DNA from: Myxococcota bacterium
GTDB taxonomy: Bacteria > Myxococcota_A > Polyangia > Polyangiales > Sandaracinaceae
DNA length: 39,564 nt
Assembly: GCA_036149055.1 (NCBI GenBank)
Contig: JAYZQJ010000029.1
Span: forward strand, 1 to 39,564
Direction of reading: 5' to 3'
Positions 1 to 11,134 of the stretch are shown here, piece after piece. Made by a program: the position numbers and the translations under genes. Each line of letters starts with the position of its first letter. Position 1 is the first letter of the stretch. Under the pieces are notes generated by a model. That model saw nothing but the letters and a program-made list of their open reading frames with translations, did no database searches and was not told the origin of the DNA.

Positions 1-82
1 CCACGACTGACCTGAGACGAGCGCGGCGAGGTCGCCGCACGCGCCACTCGAGTCGTTCGATCCCGCGGCAGCGGGCGGCCAG

Positions 83-240
83 CGAGCGCGCAGCGCGAGC
101 GCGAGCCGCAGGGCCCCCAGCGCCCCGTCGCTGGGGTCGCGGCGCGAGCGCGAAGCGCGAAGCGCCGGCGGAGTCGGGAGGGGGGCCCCATTGGCGCTTT
201 GCCCAATGGGGGGAGGGTTTGCACCAAACCCTCCGAAAAA
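83..240. repeat. Multi-hairpin intergenic (REP-like) element
   Basis: Three consecutive stems: CCCCAGCG/CGCTGGGG (115-136), CCCCATTGG/CCAATGGGG (186-211) and GGAGGGTTTG/CAAACCCTCC (212-234). Short GAGCGCG(C/A)AGCGCGA repeats lie at ~83 and ~146. Confidence 0.5.
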
Positions 241-242
241 AC

Positions 243-1892
243 TCAGCATCCCTCGCCGGTGAAATTGGCCATGAACGAGGGACCGCGGCCCACGTCGGTC
301 CGGACGGGGATGAAGGTGCCCGAGCGGGGGAACGACGAGCAGTTCACGCCGGTCGGCATCGCGCCCATGTCCACGAGGTCGGGATCGCCCGGCGAGACGG
401 CGCGCGGCTGGAGCACCACGGTGCTCGGATCGGTCACCGAGTAGGTCGCGCTCGCGATGTCCTGGACCGACCGGATGATGTCGTGGACGTTCTTCGCGAT
501 CTGGATCCAGTGGTCGCCGTCGAGGACGCTGCGCGCCGAGCTGAAGAGCCCGGCGACGTCGGCGAGGAGACCGGGCAGGTTCGGGTGGATGAAGATCACC
601 CGGTAGCGGGTCTCGTCCGGATCGTCCCAGTGATTGCCGGAGATGGTCCACGGGTTGCCGGGCGCGAGGAACGAGCAGCTCGCGCCGCAGGCGAGGTCGA
701 TCTCGGGTGCGCCGAGCTCCGGCGGCAGCAGCTCGTCGATCAGATCCGCCAGGATCATCTGGATGACGTTGTCGCGGATGACGGTGGCCGCCTTCTTCAG
801 GACCGCTCGGTAGCTGTAGGTGCTCAGGAATTCCTGCACCGCGATGCTGATCAGCGCGCCGACGAGGGTGAGCCCGCTGCCCGAGGGCGCGACGTCGGCC
901 GTCTCGAAGACGGTGGCGAGGTACGCGCTTCCGTCGCGCAGGCCGGTGGGCACCTCCTCGCCGAGGAGGGCGTCGAGCGCGGGCATCGACGCGAGGGTGG
1001 CCGCCGGCGACGGGCTCAGCCCCTCCATCGCGGTGATCGCGTCGCGCAGCCGCGTGGCGGCGGCGGTGAGGTCCGCCTCGTCGGTCGGGCCCAGCTCGCC
1101 GCTCGTCGGGAGCTCGGCGAGCGCCGCGCGGTGGGCCGCGCTCGCGTCCGCCACCTCGGTGAGCGCGCTGGCCCACGCCGCGTCGTCCGGGCCGTCCCCC
1201 AGCCCGGCCGCGGCGACCTCGTCCGCGGTGGGCCACGGGAACGTCGGCACCAGGGCCTGCAGCCCGGCGAAGCGAGCCAGCTCCAGCTCGCTCGCCGCGC
1301 GCAGCTCCACGCCCGCCGCGCGCACCGCCGCCTCGTCTCCGGCCCGCGCCGCCTCGACTCCGTCGTCGATGCTGCGCTGGATCACCGACGCGTGAGCGGC
1401 GAGCCGCACCACGTCGCGGTCGATCCCCTCGAAGGCGACCTCGACCCGCTCGGTCGCGGTGAGCCCGAGGCTCTCCGACCGACAGGTCACGACGTACGCG
1501 CCGCGGCTCGGGAAGGTGAAACGAGACGGCGCGACCTCGCTCGCGTCGGGGGCGTCCACCGAGACCACGAGATCGCCGGGATCGGGCAGGCGCGCGCCAT
1601 CCGCGTCGCGCGGGACGCACGTCACCGTGAGCTCGGTGAGCTGCTCGTTGGCGCGCTCGACGATCGGGCGATCGAGGAAGACCTCCATGCGCGGCGTCGG
1701 CGTCGTGGGACCGCCGTCGGGCGCGCTCGCGTCCTCGTCGACGCCAGCGTCGCGGCTGGGTCCCCCGTCCGGCGCGCCGCCGTCCATCGGGCTCGGTCCC
1801 CCGTCCCCTGCGTCGGGCTCGGCGCCCCCTCCGTCACAGCCCCAGAGCGCGAGCGAACAAGCCAGGATGATCCAGCGCACGTGTCCTCCCAT
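243..1892 (-). CDS. Hypothetical lipoprotein
   Basis: Signal peptide with lipobox LWGC, then a D/G/P-rich linker and an ordinary protein-like composition. Start is ATG 1892 or GTG 1880. Confidence 0.8.
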   Translation of the reverse strand: MGGHVRWIILACSLALWGCDGGGAEPDAGDGGPSPMDGGAPDGGPSRDAGVDEDASAPDGGPTTPTPRMEVFLDRPIVERANEQLTELTVTCVPRDADGARLPDPGDLVVSVDAPDASEVAPSRFTFPSRGAYVVTCRSESLGLTATERVEVAFEGIDRDVVRLAAHASVIQRSIDDGVEAARAGDEAAVRAAGVELRAASELELARFAGLQALVPTFPWPTADEVAAAGLGDGPDDAAWASALTEVADASAAHRAALAELPTSGELGPTDEADLTAAATRLRDAITAMEGLSPSPAATLASMPALDALLGEEVPTGLRDGSAYLATVFETADVAPSGSGLTLVGALISIAVQEFLSTYSYRAVLKKAATVIRDNVIQMILADLIDELLPPELGAPEIDLACGASCSFLAPGNPWTISGNHWDDPDETRYRVIFIHPNLPGLLADVAGLFSSARSVLDGDHWIQIAKNVHDIIRSVQDIASATYSVTDPSTVVLQPRAVSPGDPDLVDMGAMPTGVNCSSFPRSGTFIPVRTDVGRGPSFMANFTGEGC

Positions 1893-1917
1893 CGAATTCG
1901 TGTACAAGAGGCGCGTC

Positions 1918-2301
1918 ATGGCGAGCAAGGGACGCCCCTACCGCACGGTCGAGCACGAAGGCTGGACGATCCTCGTGGGACGCAGCGCGAGCGACAACGA
2001 CTACCTCACCTTCAAGGTGGCGAAGCCGCGCGATCTCTGGCTGCACGCCGCGGGCGGGATCGCGGGCAGCCACGTCGTCGTGCAGAACCCGGACGGCGCG
2101 CCGGTCCCGCAGGCCGTGCTCGAGCGCGCGGCCGAGCTCGCGGCCTGGTACAGCAAAGCACGTGGCGCCCCTCGCGCCGAGGTGCACCACTGCCAGGCGG
2201 CCCACGTCTCGAAGGAGCGAGGCGCGCCGCGCGGCCAGGTCCACATCAAGAAATTCAAGCGCATCAAAGTCGTCCCCCGTGGGGTGGACGCCGACGAGTG
2301 A
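1918..2301 (+). CDS. Stand-alone NFACT RNA-binding (NFACT-R/DUF814) domain protein
   Basis: Motifs ILVGRSASDNDYLTF, DLWLHA..IAGSHVVV and AAELAAWYSKAR resemble the C-terminal domain of RqcH/FbpA. Confidence 0.85.
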   Translation: MASKGRPYRTVEHEGWTILVGRSASDNDYLTFKVAKPRDLWLHAAGGIAGSHVVVQNPDGAPVPQAVLERAAELAAWYSKARGAPRAEVHHCQAAHVSKERGAPRGQVHIKKFKRIKVVPRGVDADE

Positions 2302-2371
2302 CGCCCGGCGGGGATGAGATCGCGTGCCCCGGAGTGGCAGGGGCGCGTGGCCGCGTAGCGCTTCGCCTCGT

Positions 2372-2395
2372 GGGGGCAATCCCCCTCTTTCTTTC
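2372..2395 (+). terminator. Possible intrinsic terminator
   Basis: GGGGG-CAAT-CCCCC hairpin followed by TCTTTCTTTC, downstream of the NFACT-R gene. Confidence 0.35.
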
Positions 2396-2424
2396 CTCGC
2401 GAGGAGCCGTTAGACCGGTGCGCA

Positions 2425-3411
2425 ATGCGCGTACAGCTCCTCGTCCTCCTCTGTCTCTCCCTCACCGCCTGCCAGGGCCGCGTCGTGGTCACGCAGCCCT
2501 CGACCGGAGGTGAGCAACCGATCGCCGACGCGGGAACGATGCCCAGCGGCGACGCCGGCGACGTGGTCGAGCCCACCGACCCGCCGCCCACCGACCCGCC
2601 GCCCACCGATCCGCCGCCCACCGATCCGCCGCCCTCCGACCCGCCGCCCACCGGCGAGTGCGTGCAGGCGCGCCAGCTCTGGTCCGACGGCTTCGAGTCC
2701 GGGGACTACGCGATGTGGACCGGCCGCGACTACGGCACCGGCTGGGGCACCGACTGTCAGCAGACGGGCGTCACCACCGAGCAGGCGCGCTCCGGCCGCT
2801 TCGCGAACCGCTCCGTCATCCAGTGCCGCAGCCACACCGACGTGCACCGCGGCTACGGCGGCGTGCAGTTCTCCGGTGACAGCCCGCTCCCCAACTACAC
2901 GAACACCGGCGAAGGCATCCAGGCCCCGAACGGGGTGGTCAACACCTTCTGGATCTGGCTCGACGCCAGCTACGACTTCGGCAGCGGCCGCTGGCTCAGC
3001 CTCTGGACCGCCAACGGCTCCTGCGACTGGTCGGAGCGGGTCATCACGCTCGGGCTCGAGAACGCCGAGCGCCGCCTCACCCCCGCCCACATCGAGAACA
3101 CCGGCGGCCGCGTCATGTGGGAGGCGGGCGCCCCCTCCGTCCCGCTGCGTCAGTGGGTGCGGGTCACCGTCTACGTGAACTACCACTCGGGTGACCTCCA
3201 CGTCTGGCAGGACGGCGCGAGCGTGCTGCACGCCACCTTCTCGCGGCCGAGCACCGACATCTGCCAGTGGCACTGGGGCGCCTACGCGAGCGGCGACAAC
3301 ACCGACGTGACCCTCTTCGAGGACGACAAGTCCATCTGGAAGCTCGACGAGGCCTGGACCGACTTCAGCCGCGAGCCGTGGCTCGACGAGGGCGTCGCCA
3401 TCTGCGAGTGA
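2425..3411 (+). CDS. Lipoprotein with PTDPP linker and a predicted beta-sandwich (polysaccharide-lyase/LamG-like) domain
   Basis: Lipobox LTAC and a Pro-rich linker. WSDGFESGD and VPLRQWVRVTVYV...LHVWQDG are typical of concanavalin-like folds. Confidence 0.7.
   Translation: MRVQLLVLLCLSLTACQGRVVVTQPSTGGEQPIADAGTMPSGDAGDVVEPTDPPPTDPPPTDPPPTDPPPSDPPPTGECVQARQLWSDGFESGDYAMWTGRDYGTGWGTDCQQTGVTTEQARSGRFANRSVIQCRSHTDVHRGYGGVQFSGDSPLPNYTNTGEGIQAPNGVVNTFWIWLDASYDFGSGRWLSLWTANGSCDWSERVITLGLENAERRLTPAHIENTGGRVMWEAGAPSVPLRQWVRVTVYVNYHSGDLHVWQDGASVLHATFSRPSTDICQWHWGAYASGDNTDVTLFEDDKSIWKLDEAWTDFSREPWLDEGVAICE
2572..2652 (+). repeat. Coding tandem repeat, 15 nt x ~5.4 (PTDPP)
   Basis: CCCACCGAYCCGCCG units at 2572, 2587, 2602, 2617 and 2632 (last is CCCTCC...). 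Confidence 0.9.
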
Positions 3412-3423
3412 CGCCCCACGCGC

Positions 3424-3443
3424 ATATGCGCTAAACCGAATAT
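3424..3443. promoter_or_regulatory. Candidate ArsR operator
   Basis: AT-rich imperfect inverted repeat ATATGCG-N6-CGAATAT immediately upstream of the arsC-like/arsR pair. Confidence 0.45.
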
Positions 3444-3451
3444 CACCCCCC

Positions 3452-4117
3452 ATGCGGTACGCGTGGGGGGTGATGCTCGTTCTGGAGGCGACGTTGGCAG
3501 ACGGATACCTGGAGGCGCTGGAAGAGACCGTGAGGGCGCGGGTGCTCCCGGAGCTCGAGCGCGTCCCGGCCGAGCGGCGCGAGGAGCTGATGCGGCTGGC
3601 CGCCTTCGTCCGGAGCCGGACCGACGCGGGGGAGCGGGCGCAGCTCACCTTCATCTGCACCCACAACTCGAGGCGCAGTCACCTGGCCCAGGTGTGGTCG
3701 CAGACGGCGGCCGCCTGGTACGGCGTGGAGGGGGTCGAGACCTACTCCGGCGGCACGGAGGCGACCGCGTTCGACCCGCGCGCGGTCGCCGCCCTCGAGC
3801 GCGCCGGCTTCGCGGTCGAGCGCCCGGGCGGCGAGAACCCTCGCTACGCGGTCCGCTTCGGCCCGACCGCGCCGGAGATGCTCTGCTTCTCGAAGGTCTA
3901 CTCGGACCCGCCGAACCCCCTCGAAGGCTTCGCCGCCGTCATGACCTGCACCGCCGCCGACGAGGCCTGCCCCATCGTCCATGGCGCCGCCCTCCGCGTC
4001 TCGCTCCCGTACGTCGACCCCAAGGAAGCGGACGACACGCCCGAAGAGGCGCGCCGCTACGACGAACGGAGCCTTCAGATCGCGGCCGAGATGTTCTATC
4101 TCATGAGCCGCGTGTGA
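3452..4117 (+). CDS. arsC: LMW-PTP-fold arsenate reductase / protein-tyrosine phosphatase
   Basis: P-loop FICTHNSRRS (CX5R) and a distal Cys pair MTCTAADEACP, as in thioredoxin-coupled ArsC. Coupled to arsR. The true start may be TTG 3494 (GGAGG upstream). Confidence 0.75.
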   Translation: MRYAWGVMLVLEATLADGYLEALEETVRARVLPELERVPAERREELMRLAAFVRSRTDAGERAQLTFICTHNSRRSHLAQVWSQTAAAWYGVEGVETYSGGTEATAFDPRAVAALERAGFAVERPGGENPRYAVRFGPTAPEMLCFSKVYSDPPNPLEGFAAVMTCTAADEACPIVHGAALRVSLPYVDPKEADDTPEEARRYDERSLQIAAEMFYLMSRV

Positions 4118-4452
4118 GAGAGCTGGTCGACATCCACAAGGCGCTCGCCGACGAGACGCGCATCCGCATCCTCAGCCTGCTGATGGAGCTCGGAGAGCTC
4201 TGCGTCTGCGACGTCGAGACCGGCCTGGACATCACGCAGTCGCGTGCCTCGCGACACATGACCCAGCTCCGGCAAGCCGGCCTCGTCGAAGACCGCCGCG
4301 ACGGCCAGTGGGTCTACTACCGCATCGCCGAGTCCCTCGCCCCGGCCGCCGCCCACGCCTTGACCGGCCTGCGCGAAGCCCGAGAAGGCGACGCCGAGCT
4401 CGCGCGCGACGTGAAGGCCACCAAGAAGGCCCGCCGCAGCCCCTGCCGCTGA
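4114..4452 (+). CDS. arsR: ArsR/SmtB family metalloregulator
   Basis: KALADETRIRIL, ELCVCD metal-binding box, SRHMTQLRQAGLV and RRDGQWVYY. GTGA overlap with the upstream stop. Confidence 0.9.
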   Translation: MRELVDIHKALADETRIRILSLLMELGELCVCDVETGLDITQSRASRHMTQLRQAGLVEDRRDGQWVYYRIAESLAPAAAHALTGLREAREGDAELARDVKATKKARRSPCR

Positions 4453-4473
4453 CGCCGATCTTCGCGGCGCCCC

Positions 4474-5341
4474 GGGATCTCTGCCGAATCGAGTGCCTCC
4501 ACGAATCTCTGCCGAATCGAGTGCCTCGTGGCGCGCTCGAATCGGCAGAGATCGGCCGCCGGAGCTCCCGGCTGGGATCGAGTCGACGAACGCCCCCCTC
4601 GGGAACGAGCCCCCGCATCTCTGCCGAATCGAGCCCCGCTCGGCGACCGGCTCGCCCTCTCCGCATCGAGTCAAGCTGCTGCCGCCCGGGCGCCGGCCGC
4701 CCTCTGCTGGGGATCGAGTCGACGTCCGCCCGCGCGCGAAAGGGAGCCCGTGTCTTTGCCGAATCGAGTGTCCGGCATCGTCGAATCTCTGCCGAATCGA
4801 GTGACTCGTGGCGCGCTCGAATCGGCAGAGAACGGCGCGGGCCGCCGGAGCTCCCCGCTGGGTTCGAGTCGACGAACGCCCCCTCGGGAACGAGGCCCCG
4901 CATTTCTGCCCTCTCCGCGTCGAGTCAGGCTGCTGCCGCCCGGGCGCCGGCCGCCCTCGGCTCTCTGCTGGGGATCGAGTTGACGTCCCGCGCGAAAGGG
5001 AGCCCCGCGTCTCTGCCGAATCGAGTGTCGAGAAACTCGCGGCGCACTCGAATCGGCAGAGATGCGGCGAGTCCCCGCGGCGTGTGACTTCTCCTCTGGG
5101 GCGTCTCTGCCGAATCGAGTCGCGCTGCGCTCGCGTGGCATCTGCGGACCTCAGCTCTCCGCCGAGGCGAGTGCCGCCTGGCGCGCTCGATTCGGCAGAG
5201 ATGGCAGCGCTGGGCACCTCGCGAAGGGAGCCGCGCGCGTCTCTGCCGAATCGAGTCGGGCCGACTGCCGCCCGGCTCCTGTCGGCGTCCTTCTCTGCCG
5301 AATCGAGTGCCGCGCGGGGGCACTCGATTCGGCAGAGATCC
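4474..5341. repeat. REP/REPIN-like array of TCTCTGCCGAATCGAG
   Basis: Forward copies at 4478, 4506, 4618, 4753 (1 mismatch), 4786, 5010, 5104, 5240 and 5292. Inverted copies at 4536, 4816, 5047, 5186 and 5323. Degenerate copies ending TCGAGT are interspersed. Confidence 0.9.
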
Positions 5342-5472
5342 GCGCGACCCGGATCAGCGAGCCGTCGCGCGCAGAATGCGAGGGCCGACCGACGGCGAGC
5401 GCGAATCGCCACGGCAGCTGCGACCGGGTCGGCCCCGGAGCGCCGCGGCACTGCGGGCGGCGCGGCGAGGTG

Positions 5473-6180
5473 TCAGGCCGCGCGACGGACGGCGGGGCCC
5501 GGGCGTCGGCCGGGATCGAGCCGACCTCCGGCGCGGCGCCAGCCGACGGACAGGAGCCAGGACTCGGGGCGCTCCGCCGGCGAGGCGCGGGAGGGCAACA
5601 TCGTTGGCGTCGTCCGTACCGCGCGGGTCCAGCCGTCGAAGAAGTAGCCGGAGCTGAGCGGGTCGACCCAGGCGGGGTCGGCGGGGGCGACGCCGTGGCG
5701 GCGGGCGTTGCCGAGCACGTAGGCGATCGCGTTGCGTGCGGCCCGGGGCGTGGTGAGCGCGCGGCTGTGGTAGCGGTCGGCGAAGACGGTGCCCTTGCGG
5801 CGCATGACGCGGTTGACCATGCGCGCGATGCGCACGCTCAGCCCCTGCATGCCGCGCGCGAGGAGCTCCGCGTCCTCCGCCTCGACCAGGAGGTGAAGGT
5901 GATTCCGCTGAATGGAGAAGTGCACGATGCGCACCCCACCGCGAGCGTTCGCCTTCGCGATGATGTCCCAGAGCCGCGTCGAGAGGCGCCGGCCGCGCAG
6001 GCTCCAGATGCCGCCCATGACCTTCAGCGTGACCAGCACGGGGTGCCGCGCCGCGAAGCGCTCCCGCGTGGTGTGAGGGACGCCCGCCTTCTCCCCGTTG
6101 GGTTTGCGACCGGCGCCCTTCCGCGCGCCGCCGTGTCTGAACAACAGGAGCGTGCCTTGCTCCGCCTTCTTCCTGCGCAT
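5473..6180 (-). CDS. Y1 HUH (IS200-like) transposase, REP-associated tyrosine transposase (RAYT)-like
   Basis: HUH motif FSIQRNHLHLLVE, VFADRYHSRAL, and candidate catalytic Tyr in IAYVLGN. Basic N-terminus HGGARKGAGRKP. Flanked by repeats, with no tnpB nearby. Confidence 0.85.
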   Translation of the reverse strand: MRRKKAEQGTLLLFRHGGARKGAGRKPNGEKAGVPHTTRERFAARHPVLVTLKVMGGIWSLRGRRLSTRLWDIIAKANARGGVRIVHFSIQRNHLHLLVEAEDAELLARGMQGLSVRIARMVNRVMRRKGTVFADRYHSRALTTPRAARNAIAYVLGNARRHGVAPADPAWVDPLSSGYFFDGWTRAVRTTPTMLPSRASPAERPESWLLSVGWRRAGGRLDPGRRPGPAVRRAA

Positions 6181-6276
6181 GCCCGCACGGACGCAAAGAG
6201 CTCCGCGGGACTGACGCCAATCACGAGCAAAGATGCGGCGACGCCGACTGCATCTCGATTCGGCAGAGATCCCCCG

Positions 6277-7491
6277 TCAGAACCCCGCAGGCGGCACCCG
6301 AAAGACCACCCCACGGTAGGCGACGTTCTCTCCGGCGGGGCCCACGAGGCGGACGAAGCCGAGGAAGATCTGGCTCACGTCGGGCTCGGGCTCGACGCTG
6401 GCGCTGCCGCGGGCGACGAGCTCGACGCAGACGGTGGCGCCAGCGGGGACGTCGCGGAAGGCGTCGGACGCGCCGAAGGCTTCGCAGCCGAAGGGGCCGG
6501 GGTCGGTGCGGAGCGCGACCTGGTCGACGAAGAGCGCCTCGGTGTCGACGGAGTCGCGGGATCCGTCGGCGTACGCGGGGCGCAGCTCGCGGGCGGGCGC
6601 GTCGAGGGTGAAGACGAAGGTGACCCGGTCGGGGTCGGGCGCGGCGCCGCGGGCGACGACGATCGAGTGGTCGACGCGGCCGCTCGGGCTGCGCGACGCG
6701 TCGGTGACGTCGCCGGCGCAGCTCGGGTCGAAGGAGGGGCACGCGGCGACCTCGACCAGGTCGGGCACGCCGTCGCCGTCGGTGTCGCCAGAGCTGCGGG
6801 AGCTGCCGAGGGCGCGCTCCTCTGCGTCTTCGAGGCCGTCGTTGTCGCTGTCGAGGTCCCACATGTCGGCGACCGCGTCTCCGTCGGTGTCGACCGGCGC
6901 GGTGCCGAGGTCCGCGTCGCCCGCCTCCTCGGCGTCGAGCCAGCCGTCGGCGTCCGAGTCGAGCTGATGGAGGTCGGGCACGCCGTCGCCGAGGACGTCG
7001 AGGGGCTCGTGGCCGTCGCGGACCGTGTCGCCGTCGCTGTCGGGGTCGCGCAAGCCCACGAGGCCGTCTCCGTCGCCGTCCTCGAGCGCGCCCGGGAAGG
7101 CGAGCTCGGCCGCGTCGGGCATGAAGTCGCCGTCGTCGTCGGGATCGATCCGGTCGGGCGCGCCGTCTCCGTCGGTGTCGCCGTCGTGCTCGTCGGCGTC
7201 CGGGACGCCGTTGTCGTCGCTGTCGAGGTCGACGTAGTCGGCGTCGCCGTCCCCGTCGCTGTCGGGCGGCTCGGGGCCGGCGCCCTCGATCGCGTCCGGG
7301 ATGCCGTCGTCGTCGCTGTCGAGGTCGAGGCGGTCGGGGGTCCCGTCGCCGTCGGTGTCCCGCGTCTCGCCCTCGCGCACGTCGGGGATGCCGTCGCCGT
7401 CGCTGTCGGACGACGCGTCTCCGCCCGCGTCGGGGATCGAAGCCGCCTCGCACCCGAGGAGCAGCAGCGCGAGCGCGATCCGTCGCTTCAT
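6277..7491 (-). CDS. Lipoprotein with Ca-binding DxDxDG (thrombospondin type 3-like) repeats
   Basis: MKRRIALALLLLGC lipobox and many D(S/T)DGDG(I/V)PD..D.DSD.DG repeats. Confidence 0.85.
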   Translation of the reverse strand: MKRRIALALLLLGCEAASIPDAGGDASSDSDGDGIPDVREGETRDTDGDGTPDRLDLDSDDDGIPDAIEGAGPEPPDSDGDGDADYVDLDSDDNGVPDADEHDGDTDGDGAPDRIDPDDDGDFMPDAAELAFPGALEDGDGDGLVGLRDPDSDGDTVRDGHEPLDVLGDGVPDLHQLDSDADGWLDAEEAGDADLGTAPVDTDGDAVADMWDLDSDNDGLEDAEERALGSSRSSGDTDGDGVPDLVEVAACPSFDPSCAGDVTDASRSPSGRVDHSIVVARGAAPDPDRVTFVFTLDAPARELRPAYADGSRDSVDTEALFVDQVALRTDPGPFGCEAFGASDAFRDVPAGATVCVELVARGSASVEPEPDVSQIFLGFVRLVGPAGENVAYRGVVFRVPPAGF

Positions 7492-7555
7492 GGCGCCGAG
7501 GATAGCCCCTGGGCTGGCGGGCGGCGCCTTCGTTCGCGATACTCCGCCCCCCGAT

Positions 7556-10360
<2,805 letters not shown>

Positions 10361-10403
10361 CGCGCGCTGGCCCCGGACCCGGGGGCCGCTCGCGCGCCCC
10401 GGT

Positions 10404-10434
10404 TTGACCAGAATCACCGAATCGGTCATAGAGT
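10404..10434 (+). promoter_or_regulatory. Candidate promoter with TetR operator
   Basis: TTGACC (10404) and TAGAGT (10429) bracket the palindrome ACCGA-A-TCGGT (10416-10426). The 19-nt spacer is long. Confidence 0.4.
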
Positions 10435-10438
10435 CACC

Positions 10439-11134
10439 ATGGCTCGAATGAGCGGGCGGGAGCGGGAGGAGCGGCTGCTGGACGCGGCGGCGGCGCTCTT
10501 CGTGCGGCTCGGGTACGACAAGACGTCGGTGAGCGACATCGCCAGGGAGGCGGGCGTCTCCAAGGGCGCCGTCTACCTCGCCTTCGAGTCGAAGGACGCG
10601 CTCTTCGAGGCGCTCCTCCTGCGCGAGATGATGCGCTTCTCGAGCGCGTGGGCGCGAGGCGTCGAGGCGCACCCCCGCGGCGGCACGGTGGGCGCGATGT
10701 ACGAGGTGATGCTGCGGGCGCTCGACGCGAGCCCCTTCGTGTCGATCATCTTCCGGCGCGATCGGGCCGTGCTCGGGCGCTACCTGCAGCGCCCGGGCAA
10801 CGTGTTCCAGCGCTACGCCGCCGGGCAGCCCACGCGCCACGAGGCGGTCGTGCTGCTCCAGGAGGCGGGCGCGATCCGGCGCGACGTCGACCCGAAGGTC
10901 GCCGCCCACCTGATGAACATGATCGCCTTCGGCCTCGTGTCCCTCGACGACGTGGTCCCGGCCGCCGACATCCCCGAGACCGACGCGCTGGTCCGGGGCA
11001 TCGCCGACTTCATGGACCGGGCGCTCACCCCGGAGGACGGCGGCGACTCGGAGGCGGGCAAGCGCGTGATCCGCGAGCTCTTCGAGGGCGGCCGCGCCGC
11101 CTTCGAGGCCCTGATGGAGGAGCGACGATCGTGA
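10439..11134 (+). CDS. TetR/AcrR family transcriptional regulator
   Basis: LLDAAAALFVRLGYDKTSVSDIAREAGVSKGAVYLAFESKDALF helix-turn-helix. Confidence 0.92.
   Translation: MARMSGREREERLLDAAAALFVRLGYDKTSVSDIAREAGVSKGAVYLAFESKDALFEALLLREMMRFSSAWARGVEAHPRGGTVGAMYEVMLRALDASPFVSIIFRRDRAVLGRYLQRPGNVFQRYAAGQPTRHEAVVLLQEAGAIRRDVDPKVAAHLMNMIAFGLVSLDDVVPAADIPETDALVRGIADFMDRALTPEDGGDSEAGKRVIRELFEGGRAAFEALMEERRS

Larger units (their letters stand above)
4474..6273 (-). mobile_element. RAYT-REP locus bounded by perfect 20-bp inverted repeats
   Basis: GGGATCTCTGCCGAATCGAG (4474-4493) is the exact reverse complement of CTCGATTCGGCAGAGATCCC (6254-6273). They enclose the array and the HUH transposase gene. 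Confidence 0.65.

Noticed and set aside
212..240. Intrinsic terminator for the 243-1892 gene
   Set aside because: On the minus strand the T-run precedes rather than follows the stem.
4474..5341. CRISPR array
   Set aside because: The repeat is only ~16-19 nt and occurs in both orientations. Spacing is irregular, spacers are duplicated, and there are no cas genes.
4096..5451. ORFs across the repeat array (e.g. 4096-5451 minus, 4232-4903 minus, 4808-5647 plus)
   Set aside because: They are translations of the DNA repeat (DSAE/LCRIE/SIRQR in all frames), open because of GC content.
5473..6180. IS605/OMEGA system (TnpB/IscB)
   Set aside because: No RuvC-type nuclease ORF lies on either side of the Y1 transposase.
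10416..10426. Extra copy of the RAYT repeat (CCGAATCG)
   Set aside because: Only an 8-nt match; better explained as a TetR operator palindrome.
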